DNA of 64,000 nt from Takakia lepidozioides (GCA_030704615.1 CM060731.1:50778001-50842000); one strand, 5' to 3'; shown: positions 34,389 to 49,500, numbered from the stretch's first letter. Numbers and translations: made by a program. Notes: generated by a model not told the origin, from the sequence alone.

Positions 34389-37300
34389 TCATTGTTTGAA
34401 TCGAGTACTACGACTAATGTTGGTGCGAATGCCAGTAGCTTCCCCTCCATAGCTTGTCGTTGGGGTCCGAACCTCACGCACTTGGCCTTTTCGTCGGATA
34501 ACTGCCTTCTCATGCTTGAGCTGCATGATCCACAGATGTGAATATCAATCAGCAATTATAGAGACATGCTACTCACTTGTTGCTCCCTAACATGTAAAAG
34601 AGATTGTGCCGCAGTTTCTTTGGCCAGATAATGCAAGCAAAATAAGACCAGGTAAATCCATTGCCTTGTGGAGTTCACTTTTTTGCTGCTGCAATGCTAT
34701 TCATTCCCTATCTTTACTTTCTGGTAATTCCTCTGAGCAGCTGTGGAGAATCCTCATTTGTTTGTGGAAGAGAATAATACACTTTATTCGTTGAGCCCAA
34801 AAGGAACCCAGGTCACTGACTACAAAACAGTTGAAACACTAGAGGACCTACGGGGGGATCATCAGCCAATGAAAGCAACCATCCTCACCAATCCAAGCTT
34901 GGTAGGTCATGGGATTTTGAGAATCAACCCCTCCTGGGAAGGCCTCTCACGACAGGACCAATTCACCAGGGGTCCCAAGGCATGAAGTATGAGTTGCAGG
35001 CAATGACGAGAGGAAAGATGCTACTGTAGAGAGCAGGTGTACCTTGTACTTTTTACGCGGGTTCTTGGTAAGCTTCTTCCGATGTCGTGTGAGCCCTGTA
35101 TTCTTCTCCATCTACATGCATCCAATGCCAGCACCCCATTAGTTTACTCAACATGCACTGCCTTGTATACCCACCTCCCCCACTCCCTCCCCAACTCTCA
35201 GTGTCAGTCTCTCTGTACTGGCTCTATGGCTGCACGGCTACAGCAATTCAAGTCTCACATAAACACAAATTGCAGGGTAAAGTCCAGACTCACCGGAAAC
35301 CCATCCAAATAATACATCTCTCTCCCTCTCTCCCTCCCTCCCTATCTTTGGATGATGTTTGCTGTTTACTGGAGAAGTCTCTTGCTTAAATGTTTCTCAT
35401 GGGCCCTTGAGGCATGCTGTGGACGTTAGGAAGTCCCTTTATTCCTTTCACTAGTGTCTCTCTCTCTCTCAGCCACCTATAGGCATAATATTACTTTCTT
35501 TCTCTCCCTCTGCCAGTCAGGATTTTTCACACGACCAAGAGATAAGCTATGGTTGTTGGTTCTGAAGGTTAAAATTCTCCGTAAGTACTTGATACCTCTG
35601 CAATGACCCTACTATCTCTTCCTCTCATGATTGAAATACAAGCTGGTACACCAAAGTACCTGTCTTGAGATGTGCCGTTTTCCCTCGACATCATCATCAT
35701 CATCCACTGCCGGAATGATCGGGTTTCTGCATTCACAGAGATCCTGTTGTAAGAGAAAAACACAGAAACAAGACATTTTACCCAAGTAGATTTTACTCGG
35801 AAGATTCTCCAGATCCCTAAAGAGAGAGAAAGATACCAACTGTAATAAGTAATCTCGGATCCCCTAGTCTGGCAGTGACATAGCCACTAGCCACTCACCT
35901 GTCATATTTGGCAGCTTTGGCTGCTTTCTTGGCCTCCTTGAGCTGCTTAGCTTCTTGGTAAAACTGATCCTCTTCAGGTTCCACATCTTCAGAATCTCCA
36001 TCACTCCCTTTCTCATCTGCCATAACTGGTGCCTTTGCTGCCCTCTGCATCTCATGCTTCCTCCGCCTCTCCCCAAGCTCCTCTCTGACAGGCAGATCTG
36101 CATCACCTGATACTATCTGCATCGCCCTTTCAAAGCGTCACTGCCTCACTCCAATCAAGCCACATAGCACATTTCATGACCCCATACATACACCACTTAG
36201 GCAACAAGGAGAAGACTGATCCATCACTGAGCACCTCCATGATATCTCCATAAAAAACTCCCCCCATCCTAATATTCACACAACCCCAGCCATGGTACAA
36301 ATATACCCACTCATCCTTAGGTGAATTTCTATACAAATGACTACATTTACACTTGAAAATGACTGGCTCTGCAACCATGGCATGCATACATGAAATAGAA
36401 AAATATGCAGGGCGTGGATGGACACAAGAAAATGCTAACAGAAATTCAAAGGACCTTTGGCTTCTTGAAAGGCTTGCCAGCTTCAGCAATGAGTTGTGAC
36501 AGTGTTCGTGGTTTTGAGGGATCCTCTGGCAGGCTCCCCATTATTTTAGCAGGTCGGATATCATCCATACCCACTAGATCCCCAACATCGTCCTCAAAAT
36601 CGTCCAGCATTCCCATCAACCTGCCCAATGAAGGATTTCCCTTTGCAGAGTTAGACCTACAACTCTGTTTGTCCTCTTTGCTCAAAATTAACAGTCAGGC
36701 AAAGGAAAAATAAACTTGCATACAAAAGGGATATCGTGCCACAAAGCCGCACTGGGCCAGCACGAGTACCTAAGGAGAATTGAGTAACTGAGAAAGGAAT
36801 TAAGGAAAGCAACTGATAACCTTGGGGAGGGCAACTGGAAATCGCCAAACACGACTAGCATTAGAAGAAGGCAGCAAGGACACAAGAGGTAACTGTGTTA
36901 ATGCCCAGGTGATTAAATTTTGGTTTTGTTATTCCTCTTTTTCCGGCGACACCATCATGGTTGAGAATACATCGAATATACACAAAATGAGAATGGATAT
37001 TTCAGGCTGGGGTCAGCAAGAGTAACCGATTCATTCGCCCTTGAAGGCTGCATCCTTTTGAAGAGCAGGAATTTATCAGTAGCTACGGGAGTTTTTAATT
37101 GCAAATAGAGGCGCCTAGATTAGCATTGGGGATACCTCTAAAATACACGATAGAAGTTCTGCACATGTGGTGTTTTGAGGATCTCTAATTTAAGCACTGT
37201 TGTACAGTATGCACATCATATTAAAAGATCGCGCTCCCCAGCCCAAGCTTCATGTGCATAATTCAGAGAACGCCTCCAGTGAATTGCAGCCATCTACTTT

Positions 37301-40300
37301 TCTTGGCACCTCATGACCTTTTGTTTAGATCCAGTGAGAGGACTCTGTCAGGTCCATCACACAGTTTGCTAAATACATGGTCACCTGACCAGTCCCGAGT
37401 CCAGTAACACTGTCCCACTCAAAGGCCTTATTTACTTAACCTCTTACCATAAGACCAACTGTGCATGTTGTACAGAGTACAAAATCAGCACAAGAGGTGA
37501 GGACTGACCCATTGCGTGACCGTTTGAGGTCCTTGACCTTCTTGCGCTCTGCCCTGGACAGCGGCACACGGGCAAACAGCTCCTCCTCTTCCTGTGCACG
37601 AGCCTCAAGGCGTGCTCGCTCTCGTATCATTTCCTTGCTCTCTGTTCCAAGGACTTCTCGCACCTAGAACATGGTAACAAAGGGGTGACAACCAGACAAT
37701 GTTCAGAACTGCCAAACTACTATGCCCAGATTGAACTAACTACTGACAACATCAAAATTGACATATGGAAGACCTCAAGCTAAAGATTTGAAGGACTAGA
37801 GAAAATGGCATAAACATGATGTCAAGGCCATCCAACCTCTTCTGGTTTGCCTTCCAACTCATTGGCAAGTTCCTTGATGTAAGCACTGCGTGATGCACGG
37901 CGCTGGACCTCCTTTTCAGCCCGGGCTTTTGATCGTTTGTCTCGTGAATTCTCTTCTTCCTCCATGACTGCTGGTGCTATCATAGGTGGTCGGTAAACAC
38001 CCCCCCCATCCTGACATAACATAGAACTGTTAGGGTCTTTGAGAAAGATCCTTTGGAGCTCTCTCCAATCCACTGCACTGGATGGAGACACTGCATACCA
38101 ACCGTTGTAGGATAGAAACAACATGTGAATCCGAAAAAATCTTTATTTCCAGTGAACAGGAATGGATAATGAAGCAGATTTACCTCAGCCATTTGATCCA
38201 ACTTGGAGACGAGCAAACTTGGATTGGGCCTGTACATCAACGCATCCTCTCTCTCACGCACCTCATTGGCTCCCACCATAGCCGGTGTCCGACCAGCCTT
38301 AAGCAGCTTCTCGATTTGGTATTGCAGCTTCTTGTCAATTGGACGTATCTGAGAAGTCACCCATTCACCATATTCATTCTTTAACTCTAGTTGTTGTACT
38401 CCTTCTATGGGCCCTTGGAGCCCTGAACGTTCTAAAGTTGTTCTATCTCTTATTATGTCAAAAGAAATAAAAGGTTTGGTGTCTCAAGTGGCTTCTTGTG
38501 TTGCTATTCAGTCCCATGAGCCCTTAGGGTCCTCTGTGGACGTTTTAAAGTATCTCTCTTTGTCCCTCTCAATATGTTTCTTCCCTCTTGTTCCGCCCAA
38601 AACTGGGTGCGGGGTCTATGGCCACAAGACTATGGCAAAGGTCTTATGTCTACATTATACTTAATTTCCCTTGGGCCTGCTGTTGATGTTGTAAAGGTCC
38701 TTTCTTTCTCCCTCTCCCTAGAAATGTTGATACCAGCAATGCTGCTCTAGCCCCCAATGTGGCAACATATGGGGCATGTGGCCGTGGTCTCATTGTACCC
38801 AGAACAGTATGTGTGTCAGGCAGGGAGGGAAAGAGCGGACTTCATGTCAACGGTGATAGTTTGTGCCATGCAACCTTCTGAAAGTACCCACCTTCTCCAA
38901 AAACATTTTGAGCTCAACAAGGCGAGCAATAACAGGGTGATCCCGAACAGAACGGGCCTCTGCCTTAAGCAACAGGTAGAACACAATGGACTGGCAGTAA
39001 CTCAATAGCAGCAGATGCTTGACTTCCAAGTAGCTGATTCCCTCTTTTGTTGCATACTGTCCCTCTTTCACCTTCACACCCATCCACAACAGTACAATGT
39101 TGGTCCTAGTGTGTCTCAGAGAGAGAGAAATGAAATGGTACTTTGTAACGTCTGCAGGAAGCTCAAAGAGCTTATGGGACAAGAGGAAGAAAGCAACAAG
39201 AAAGTCAGAGGGGCCACAAGCAGCATAAAAGCAACTGTTGCTCAAGGGATTGTCTAAGAGCCAACTTTTCATGCAGGTAAGCTGCCAAACATTTCTGATC
39301 CTTGTAATGGAAGACATCCGTGAGAGATTGGGTATGCCCGAATAGTTAGTTCAATCGCCCATGGATCTGATAGTATAAAGGGCAGTGAAGAAGAAATGTT
39401 CTTCACTTTTGTTTTCCCTGTTGTTCCCAGCGCAAGCAGGGCATCGCCACGTTGCAGATACTCCCACCTACCAGTCTCTATCCACAGATTGTGGGAGCCC
39501 ACCCTGAACCTCCCTAATGCCCTCGCCCTCAGAAGAGAGGGAGATAGAGCTGCAGACAGGTAATTAGGCCGCAATAATCTGTTGTCCTGGAGAACCAAGA
39601 ATGAGAGAGCACAACCAGAAGTACAAAAGATCCCAAGAGAGAGAGGAAAAGGCAAAGAATTAATACTACATCTAAGGGCCCCTGGGAAAAATTAAACAAC
39701 AAGGGAGAGACCATGCCAAAAAATTGGGAACCAATGTGTTCTTAAAGGTCATATTGCAGAAGCCCACCTTTTCCAGCAGAGGTTCTACTTTGGTTCGAAG
39801 CTCATCCAAGCCCTCTCGCAACTCCGTAAGGAGTGCCACCAGCTCTGGGGCATCACTGTACAATGACAACATGAGCTGTACACTCAACCAACAATATCTG
39901 CCTAGCATTTATTTGTGTTCAGATGTGTGTTTGTCTCTTTCTGTCTCTATGAGTGACCAGGTTGACATGTTCTGCAGCTGCCTCACATCTCTCTATCTTC
40001 TACACACAATGGGAAGGGCACTAACCTCATGACAACTTCCATCAGCTCCTCCTTGGACAATGCACTCATGTCTTTCTTGACCTCCTCTACTGCCACTGTT
40101 CCAATATTCTTTTCAGGTATTTTCCCCCGACCTTTGACTGCTGCTTTGAGACTCTTCTTCTTTTCTGTTTTCCCCTCCTGCCGGCGGACGGCTTCCTACA
40201 TTAAACAAGAAGAGTAGAGTGAATATTCAGTCACAGTCAGAAACTAGGTTTGAATGCTACACCAAAAAAGTGGGGACTGGCGTGAGAGACAACACACAGA

Positions 40301-43064
40301 TTTTGGTTACCCTAGCTATAGCTGAACCCCTATCTTCATCAAACATTGGACCAGAGTTCATGGAGAATGAGTACACCGATAGCAGCAGCAAGGTAGGGCT
40401 AGCACAAGAATCACCTCAAGGGTCTCTTCCTGGTTGCCCTTGTCTTCATCTGGTTCACTCTCACTGCTCTCATCAGCATCCACCTCATAGTCCTCTGGAC
40501 GCAGGGATGCTGCCACCTGCTGTTGTAGGCGAAGCACCTCAGCTTCCTCCTCTGCAGGTGCCTCTTCATCGCTTGACAGCAGCTGTTGCCCCAAACACGA
40601 AAAACCACTATCAACATTCATACTCAAAAGCAAGTGAGCAAGAGATAAGGCTGCCACTGCAATTAATGACTCTGACTTGAAAGAGTACGTCACTGGATGC
40701 TCTCCACATTGTGCCAACCATGCAGACACTCCAACACTGCAACAAGTCTTTCACTGATGGTAACGTCCTCCTCTTGTTCCTCCCATACCCTCTTTCCCTT
40801 TTTCTACCCCCCTGAATCAGACAGACATGGGGTCGTCTATGGGCCACAAGGCTCTGGAAATAGAACTTGAAGTTTCCAGATACAGGCACACTCTCAATCC
40901 CTCTCTCCATAATAACGATGTAGAGCCCTTCTTGGAGGCTTATGGAGGCTATAATGCATTTCCAAGGCATACCTAGAAAAAAAAACAGCTGAGGTGTGTT
41001 ATACCTCATAGTCAACATTGTCTGCATTATAGTAAATCTTTTTGCCCTTTCCCCAAGCGGCCTTCTCTTTCTCCTCTTCCTCCTCTTCGTCATCCTCGTT
41101 CACAATGCCTGCCTTCTGCTTCATGATCTTGGCCTGCCTCAGCACTGCAGCCAGGTCTCTGTCATCACGGTAGAATTTGTATGGTATAGTTTAAGAACTC
41201 AACAGCTCTCATTCAGCATGGATTCTCTCTATCTCTCTCCAAACAAAACGAAGGCTTCACCAAACGTCATCTGATGAGTACATTCTCTCAGTAAATCATC
41301 TTCATCTTCTCATCTAGCCTTGCTTTCGAAAAATAGTAAAAACACTCTCAACAACAGAAGAATATACTTTTGGCTTCAAGGCCAGTAAGCTCCTCTTCAC
41401 CCATTTCATCATCGTCACTTTTCTGCCACCCAACAGCCACCCACAATATTGAGCTTTGACCACCTTTGCCACTGGAAACAGGAAAAGAAGTAAACTTGTG
41501 CATCCAGAGTAATATGTTACCAACAGTCAATCTTCCTCATAAAATCCTACCAATAGTAATACTAAATATCAACCGCAAGGATTTACACTCACCTCATCCT
41601 CATCATTGTCACTCTCCTCACTGACTCCCTGCTCCAAAGCCCATCCAACAACAATAGCAGAAGCAATGAGATTTGGTATGATTAAAAACTGGACAAGTAC
41701 ATAGTGCATCCCAAGTAGGACCCTTGCAGTAGTCCATGACGCCCATCACTCTGAGTTGGGCTACCAGCTTCTCTAATTGGTCCACTCAATCATTCAGTCA
41801 CATCTAATGTCAAACAGACTAGACTTGGCTTTGAAAAGGTACAAATGAGTCACCCACGTACTGATGTAAGCACAACAGGGAGACACAGGATAATGTCGGC
41901 TGGATGCAGAAAAATAACCTAGTAGTGCCACAGGACTTACAAGCTGTGCGAGACTGCTTAAGGGGGGCCTACAATGCAACCAGGGTGTCCTCTGCCAGGT
42001 ATTTTCTCTTGAGACTTGGCATCCCCAAAGTACACAGCTTAGCAAGGAAACACCTTGCCAGCAGCTAAGGGATCATTCAAAGTTGTTTCCAACATAAGCC
42101 TATGAAGCCAGAGAATTTGTTCTGCAAATTGAAGTGCCTCCACTATCTGTTGGAAACCAACAAGATACTCAATAACCAAGTGGTTCCAATGACCACACCT
42201 GAGAGTGGCCTTAGTAAAATACATGCAAGGGGCCAAACCCCTACTCCAAGTAATAAGGACATCCACTTCTCTTCAATCCCATTCCACTTTTGGAGACATG
42301 ACTACGAAGCTAGTGTACACTGAAGTTTGAAAATGTCGTGAATTCAGTCCACAACTCGGATCCTCACTAGACAGTCAAACCCCTGCATACCTTCAAGTCC
42401 ATGACAGGCACTTCGTCCTCCTCCAATTCGTCTGAATCAGCTGCTTGCAAAACACACCCAACCCTCAACGTAAAATTCACTGAATGGTATTCTCTCTCTC
42501 TCTCTCTCTCTCTCTAGAGGTTAGGACTCCTGTTATTTCATTGTTTCCATATGGGGTAATGCGTACACGCCTCTGCCTCGAACACCCACCAACCATGGGG
42601 CCCTTTCTCTCAGAACAAAAACCTATCAATTCATGAACTTCCTTGTTATCCAAGTTCTTAAAAATTCAACCGACATACAAACGAAACTATCCTGATGAGA
42701 ATCTAACTTCCAAAAGGTATCAAGGAGGTACACGCACCAATGTCCTTGACGGGGTCCAGTGATATTTTGTCCCTCTTCTTGTGAACTGCCACCAAGGTCC
42801 CACCAAGAAGCTTATTGTCAATGCCAACTTCTGTCAGCAGCAAAATTCTCCTATCATTCTTTACTTTCCAGAAGGACGAGGATTAAAACAAACGACTCGT
42901 TCGTCTAAAATCATGAATCCCTCCCTCACTTTCTCTCACCGAAGAAAACACTTACAGGCATCTATATCATCTACAAAATCTTCCGGCTTCATGCCCATGT
43001 TCTTGTCAGAATGGCTATGTCGCCGCTGCTTTCGCCCGGACTTTCCTTGGCCAGGTCGACCCAT
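34389..43064 (-). CDS. SAS10: SAS10/UTP3-family SSU processome protein (multi-exon), with a neuroguidin/Lcp5-like middle segment
   Basis: ATG at 43064 (MGRPGQGK...DDIDA|FHKKRDKI); WGKGKKIYYNADNVDYE; DAPELVALLTEL...YLEVKHLLLLSYCQSIVFYLLLK...HPVIARLVELK; C-terminal EKNTGLTRHRKKLTKNPRKKYK|LKHEKAVIRRKGQVR...YGGEATGIRTNISRSTRF; stop at 34389-34391. Confidence 0.9.
39330..39590 (-). mobile_element. Intronic LINE 3' fragment (RTE-X/CR1-like C-terminus)
   Basis: YLS...LGRFRVGSHNLWIETGRW motif typical of the post-RT region of such LINEs. Confidence 0.65.
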
Positions 43065-43584
43065 CCTCGCTCCACCCTCGTCCCTGAAACGAATTTCTGG
43101 TTGTACAACCTACTCAGAGGAATTGCGGACCAGAAACAAGCGATGGAACATACCCATTAGCCAGTAATTTCCCAGAGAAATATGTAGCAGTGAACGGCCA
43201 AGGAGGGCGAATCGATTCACTAGTGTGGTACTGTGAGAGGTATCGAGGCCACAGTTCAGCTTGGATCACTTGGATTGACCCGAAAGCGACAGACTTCTCC
43301 AGAAACACTCCCTTGGGAAAGCCAATCCAAGCAGCAGCAGAATCTCCCCCTTGGAATAAGAAATCGAAAGGGAGAGACAGGAAGGAAAGCACAACCTCTA
43401 AACCCTAACCCTAGTTTCATAAATCCTGACCATCATTCGTTGTAGGCTTCTGCGTCCAAGAGAATTCACTACAATCATCCGTTGAGCGAGATAATTCATC
43501 CATTTTGCGGGAACATTCATCCAGAACAGCAGGAACTACACAGCGTGTTGGCTTGGTCCTGCGATCTGCGTTGGTCGGAGAGGA
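43065..43584. promoter_or_regulatory. Divergent promoter region SAS10/NRDE2 with telo-box
   Basis: About 520 bp between opposed start codons; AAACCCTAA at 43400-43408 (another near 43908). Confidence 0.6.
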
Positions 43585-46500
43585 ATGGCGATGGAGGAGA
43601 CGGAGAGGCAAGAGGCAATTGGGAGGTCTCAGACTGGAAGATTTGTATCGGGAAATTCACTATTTCCTGTGCAATTTTCTTCGTATGCAGGCACCACTGC
43701 AGGATCCGCTTTGCCAGGAGCTGTCTCATCGCTGTTCCCGGTCGCTGCAAGTGTGAGCCCTATCTCTTCCTTCCTCTACGGTGTGTGTGTGTTTTAAGAA
43801 GGTTAAAATGTGTATGTGTGCCTCCGTATCCTTGTAACCGTAGACATTGTGCCAATTCTGACATGCAGACTGTGGTGAGTTTTTTTGAACGAATCTGGGT
43901 TTATCCCAAACCCTAATTGAAAACCGTAGTTGGAGTTATTCGTTTAGTGGATTGTGACCTCTGAACGGTAAATGCTGAATTCTTGAGCCTGTAGATGGGT
44001 ACAGGTGGATGCGGAGCAAGGCTCAGAGCCCCCTCAGTCATGGCTCTCGAATTCCAGCTTTGCAGAGAGCTTGTTGCCTCTTAGACAACATGGAGATGGA
44101 GAGGGGGAGGGAGAAAAAGTGCCAGCAGACGGAGAGGGAGCGACACAGAGCGATGGCGGAGAAGGGAATGAGAAAGGCAGAATCGGGCGGCAACCAACAA
44201 GCTCGAGCTCGAGCTCAGATATGGAATTGTCAGCTGAGGAAGAGAAGGGAGAAATGCAGCGAACAGTGTCTGAACGGAGACGACGGAGAGAGAAAAAGAA
44301 ACGGAAGAGAAAGAGAGAGGAGGAGGAGAGGAGGAAACGGAAGGAACGCAAGAGAACAGGTGATGATAGTCAAATTGGGTCATTGGAGGGCCTTTCTCTC
44401 CAGAGAAAAACTACTGTGAAAGTATGGGCAGATGGAAAAGCAAAGCCACCAAAGGAATATTACTTTGATACTCGTGGGGACAGAGACAACCTGGCCTTTG
44501 GATCTATCTACAGGTGGGTGAATTTTCATTTGGATTGTTAAATCTGCTGGCAGTTTTACATGACAAGGAAAGGTTTGATTGACAATGAGATCAAAATGAT
44601 AGAGTAAGAAAATAAAAATACTTTTAATGTCTATGGCTTGATTTGTGACAGGATGGATATAGCACGATACCATCTTCTGAGGAGCGGGATGGGGCTAGAG
44701 CAAGAGGAGGTCACAAGAAAGAGAAAAACCACTGGTTTGGATGATGTAGAAGCGGATGGGTTTATTCCAGAGAAAACAGGCTCCCGTTACTGGTCAACAG
44801 AAGCTGCAGCACGGGAGAAACAGCGTGACTTCAAGCGCATTCGAGTTCATTCTGTCCGCCCTGACGGAAATGCAAACCCAAGTTTTCTGTTTCCTGAGGA
44901 ATTTATACCAGTTGATGGCCCAAGGAGACAGAAGGTACTAATCCATGCTATTTTCTTGACTCCAATCATGAATGGCTCTTTCATGGTCATTTCCCCTGTC
45001 ATAAATTCCTGGTTGCAATGGCATTACAGCAGGTAAAAAAGTGAACTTGTGAAATGAATTCTCAACATCTCTGTAACTGGTGCCATCCTACCTCTTCTGA
45101 TGCCACTTGCTAATGCAGAAAGGAGAGGAAGAAATGGAAGTGGAAACAGAAGGGGAGAGCTGGGAGGATTATGTGCAACGGCGAACAAGAGAGTTCAACA
45201 CTTCGACACGTGAGCGACCACAGGACGAAAGTGTGTGGCTTGCATTTGTGCAATTCCAGGTTATATCTTGTTCTTTCTCTCTTTCTCACACACTTATAGA
45301 AAATGGCGGAGATTGAAATCCCGATTAGTAAAAGCCAAAGAAAAAATGTTGCTCAAACATGAACCAGCTGCTGCCTGGGACAAGTCTACTCTGGGCTTCT
45401 TGACAGCCCATGATGAAGAAAGTCCAAAGACAAGGGCTTTCTCATGATGGGCACATGAATTTCAGACTAAGTATGGTTCCTACCTTTGATCCTGAAGTTA
45501 ACTCAAATGGGATAAAGGGATCCATGACTGATCTGTGGGCGTGATAATGAGGATCGAAAACATTCTACTAGAAAACTCTTACTGCTTATATTCTTACTGA
45601 GACAAAGAAGCTCATGACAGCTCTAAAAATGTGGCACCCTGCAGATTGGATCTTTGCATCAGATTAATTCCATGGTAAAGAGGGAAAATGTAGAAGCTTA
45701 GCATCAACTCTATAATGAAGTTCCTGTTTGAGATCAAAGGTGATGTCTTCTATGGCAGGATGAATTGATTCAAGCTACTCCAAAGAAGGGGGCCAAACAA
45801 CAAGCGATCGACAAAAAGATCTCCATCTTGGAAAAGGCCCTGGAACTTCATGGAGAGAGTGAGGAGCTTACGTTACTCTACTTACAGACATGTAGCCTTC
45901 GAGATCCAATTGCTGGCATGTTGATAAAATGGGAAGACTCAGTCGTTCGGTTTTCTGGGAGCTACTCGTTCTGGAAGGCATTTCTTCGGTTCCATTCTTC
46001 ACAGTTCTCTATCTTCTCGGTCTCCTCTCTTCGTTCATTATTTGTTCGAGCTCTCCGGGCACTCGCTGCTGCACGTGACCGGTTGCTACATGGGGTTTGT
46101 GCCTGTCCCTCTCTACCCCCTCATTTCTCCCTCTTGTAAAATTCTCTCCCCGGCAGCTGACCTGCATGAGGCGCTCTGTCTTCCGGCAGGAGTCATTTGA
46201 TGCGCTTTTCTTGTTCTCTGGCTGCGAGAGACCTGTGACAGTTTGAGATTGTCACCTCAGTGAGAGCAGCAGTTACATCCTGCATGTACAAATGCTGCAA
46301 GGTTACAGCATATGTGTACTGGCAGAACATTGTACTTAGGCATTTAGTATGTCTTACAGACGTAAGTACACTTGCATTAAACCACGTATGCTGCTGTGTT
46401 GCAGAAGGGGCAGGAGGAGTTGGATAGGTACAAAGGGCCGATAGAGGATGCTGAGAGGGCAATGGTTGCCATGTTGGCAGACAGGTGTCACTTTGAGCTG

Positions 46501-49500
46501 CATACAGGTCATACAGAGCTGGCTGTTGGCCTTTACCAGGCTGCCATCGAGTACTCTTTATTTGCTCCCCCGATCCAGCTCAATGAGGTTAGCAAACGTA
46601 GGCTTTTTGAGGCCTTTTGGGACAGCCAAGCTCAAAGAGTGGGGGAGGAGGGTGCATTGGGTTGGGCCACATGGCTTGAGCAGGAGGAGGAGCAAATCCT
46701 GGGGGCACAATCCCATGAAGCCCAAGAAGCAGAGGAGCAACCAGGTACTTTTTCTCTCTGCACGTTCTTTGATGTTTGCCCTCAAGTTGCAAGTCTTTAT
46801 GCAGGTTCGGCAATTTGGACTAGGGTTCAGTCGTTGCATTGTGATCAATCCACATACAGTGTTCAGTGCGCAATGGATAACAGGTATTGAACCATGTCGC
46901 AGTTAGATAGATACCAGTTGATGTACTTCCAAGTAAAAAAGTGGGTTGGTGATTGATATCTGAAAGACTTAGGCTTTGGAACAGGGGGTTGGACGGGATG
47001 GTCAGAGCAACCTGCTACCACCTTTGACAGCAGCAGGCAGATGAGCAATGAGGGGGCAGTGATGGTAGAAGCTGCTGATGAGGGGGAGGAGATTGTTGAT
47101 GGAGACACAGACGATGAGGATGAGGCTGCCTTGCTAGCAAAGCTGGGTTTGTCTTCCATTGATGCTGGAAAGGAGTTGGAAGTTACAGATGTCAGTGTGT
47201 GGCAGCGGTGGGCTGAAGAAGAGAGATTGCGAGGTGTTGAGCAGTGTTTTCCTGTCCATGGTATGATCCCACTCTTTTCTTCATTCGTAGTCCTTTTAGC
47301 ATTGCTCCTATCCATCCCTCTCAATTATTTCATGGTTGTACGACTGAGTGACAGCGAGAGAGCTCCACTCATGATGTGTCCCTGGCTGGCCGTATCATCT
47401 TAAAAGTCAGATTTTCAATCTCAGTATGCTAGTGTAGCCCTCTACTTGTATTGATATGTTACTGAGTCGCTGTGGTTGCTCTACCTGTATGCACCATAGT
47501 TACCAGGGAGGGAGAGAGAGACTGATCTCTATGGCTACTGGCCTGGCAGCGCAGATGGGCAACACAGAGGAGAGAGATGAAGAGCTGGAGAGAATGGTGG
47601 TTTTTGAGGATGTCAGACAGTCACTTTTCTCTATGACATCAGAATTAGCTCTTTGTAATTTAATAGGCCACTTTCTTGAATTCGCCGATATGCCTCTGCC
47701 TAACTGGTCAGTCTCTTTCTGCCTCCCCTTTTCTCAAGCTGGCACAATGTATGTTTTAGTACCATTTTGGATAGTTTGGCAAGTAGCATGTCTGTGAAAG
47801 AAAAGCATGTCTGTTATCGGTCTATGAAGGTTCTGACTTTGCAGCTTGTTTCATGGCTATGCAGGTGCTCCTCCAATGAAAGCAGTACGAAGGAGAGACT
47901 TGAAGGCTTGGAATCTCTAACAGGCTCTATATGGACACTTTTAGAAACTCTTAACATAAAGAACGCTTCTGAGCATGTAGTTGATCCCCTCTCTGACAAT
48001 ATGAACAGCCATCAATGTGTGTATGGAGGGACCATTTTGAGGAGTCTAGTGGGAGGCCTAGAATGGTTTCGTAAGAGCAATAGCCGAGCCAATTTTGTGC
48101 ACAATGTGCTACTCTTGCTTCAAACTCATGGTACCCAAGTTCTTTCCAAAAGCCACTGGGGTCTAACACAAGGGTTGCTATCAGTCCAAGGGGGAGCAGC
48201 AGAAGGTGGGGCATTGGCCTCCAAGCCTCTAGTAAAGAAGCTGCTCAAGACCTATCGTCAGGTATGGCTCTATTCTGTTGCTGTCTATTCATCTTGCTAG
48301 AAAAAGGTGGACACTTGAAATAGTCTTGTGAATGAATAACCTTGACGACAACCTTTGCACTTAAAGGACACTGGAAGAGGTGCGGACACAGATGGGTACA
48401 GCAACCAGAGTATCTCACTGTAGCCTTATTCGGGAAAAGCTTCCAGGGTAGTGCCTCATATGGAAATAATAGTCTAACTCAAAGAGGCAGAAGCTGCAGC
48501 TGGCACATGATATGGGAAACTTGAATACAAACATGAAAGGGCAAGGAGCGCTAAGACTAGTAGGCCTGAAAGCATTAGGCGATGATTCATCAACCAACTA
48601 GAAGATCAAACAAAGCCCAAGCTCAAGCGGCAAAAAGCAGGAAACCATGCTGCAAGAAACAGGAACCACAGTTGATTCCTGCCGAACTTTCTTTGTATCA
48701 CCTGGAGAGGAGAGTTGCGTCATGTCACGGCCAGTTGAGTCCTTTTGCTTCTTCCTCATTTGCTCTCAAGAGAGTCTGTTTCAAATTACAGGCAGCTCTT
48801 CTTATATATAGATCTCTGCTTGGTGCATTCTCAATTTATGACCAGGCAAACTTGCCTCGCCAAGTTTTACCATTAATAGTTGCCCAGAAAGTTGCTGATA
48901 TCAAGCAATGATGTAGGCTCAATCAGTAAGCTTCCCTTGCAAATTGGTCATAGTCTTTCTATTCCTTGAAAATCGTTGTCTGCGGACATCCACAATTGTA
49001 CAGTCACAGTTGTCCTTCCATGTAGTTTTTTGCACGTGTCATGTTTGTGTATGTTCAGATATATACAGGTGTCACAGTACAATTGCAGAGCCTAAAAGTG
49101 ACTTCTTGTATAACTTGACAGGATCTGGCATTGTGGGCTGCATACGCAAGAGTAGAAGGAGCAGCAGGTCACATGGAAACAGCTCGCAAAGTCTTTGATA
49201 CAACTCTTGCGTCTCTTATGGCCCTGCCAGCAGTATATACCTTCTCCCTCTCCCTCTCTTTGCACATCAGAGATGCCTTGCAGCGTTATCTGTTTGAAGC
49301 TCTCTAACGTAGAGAATCTCTCAAGTTAGAGAAGCGTTGTGGTTGTTGTTGGCTGATTGTTGGGGGCCCACTTGTTCCTTGTTTCTTTGTCCCATAAGCT
49401 TTTGTGAACATTATAAAATTTCTTGCTTTCTTTCTTCCTTGCACGAGGCAACTTGAGCAGCAATGAACAAGCCAGGTAGCAGCAAAAAATTTCATATTGT

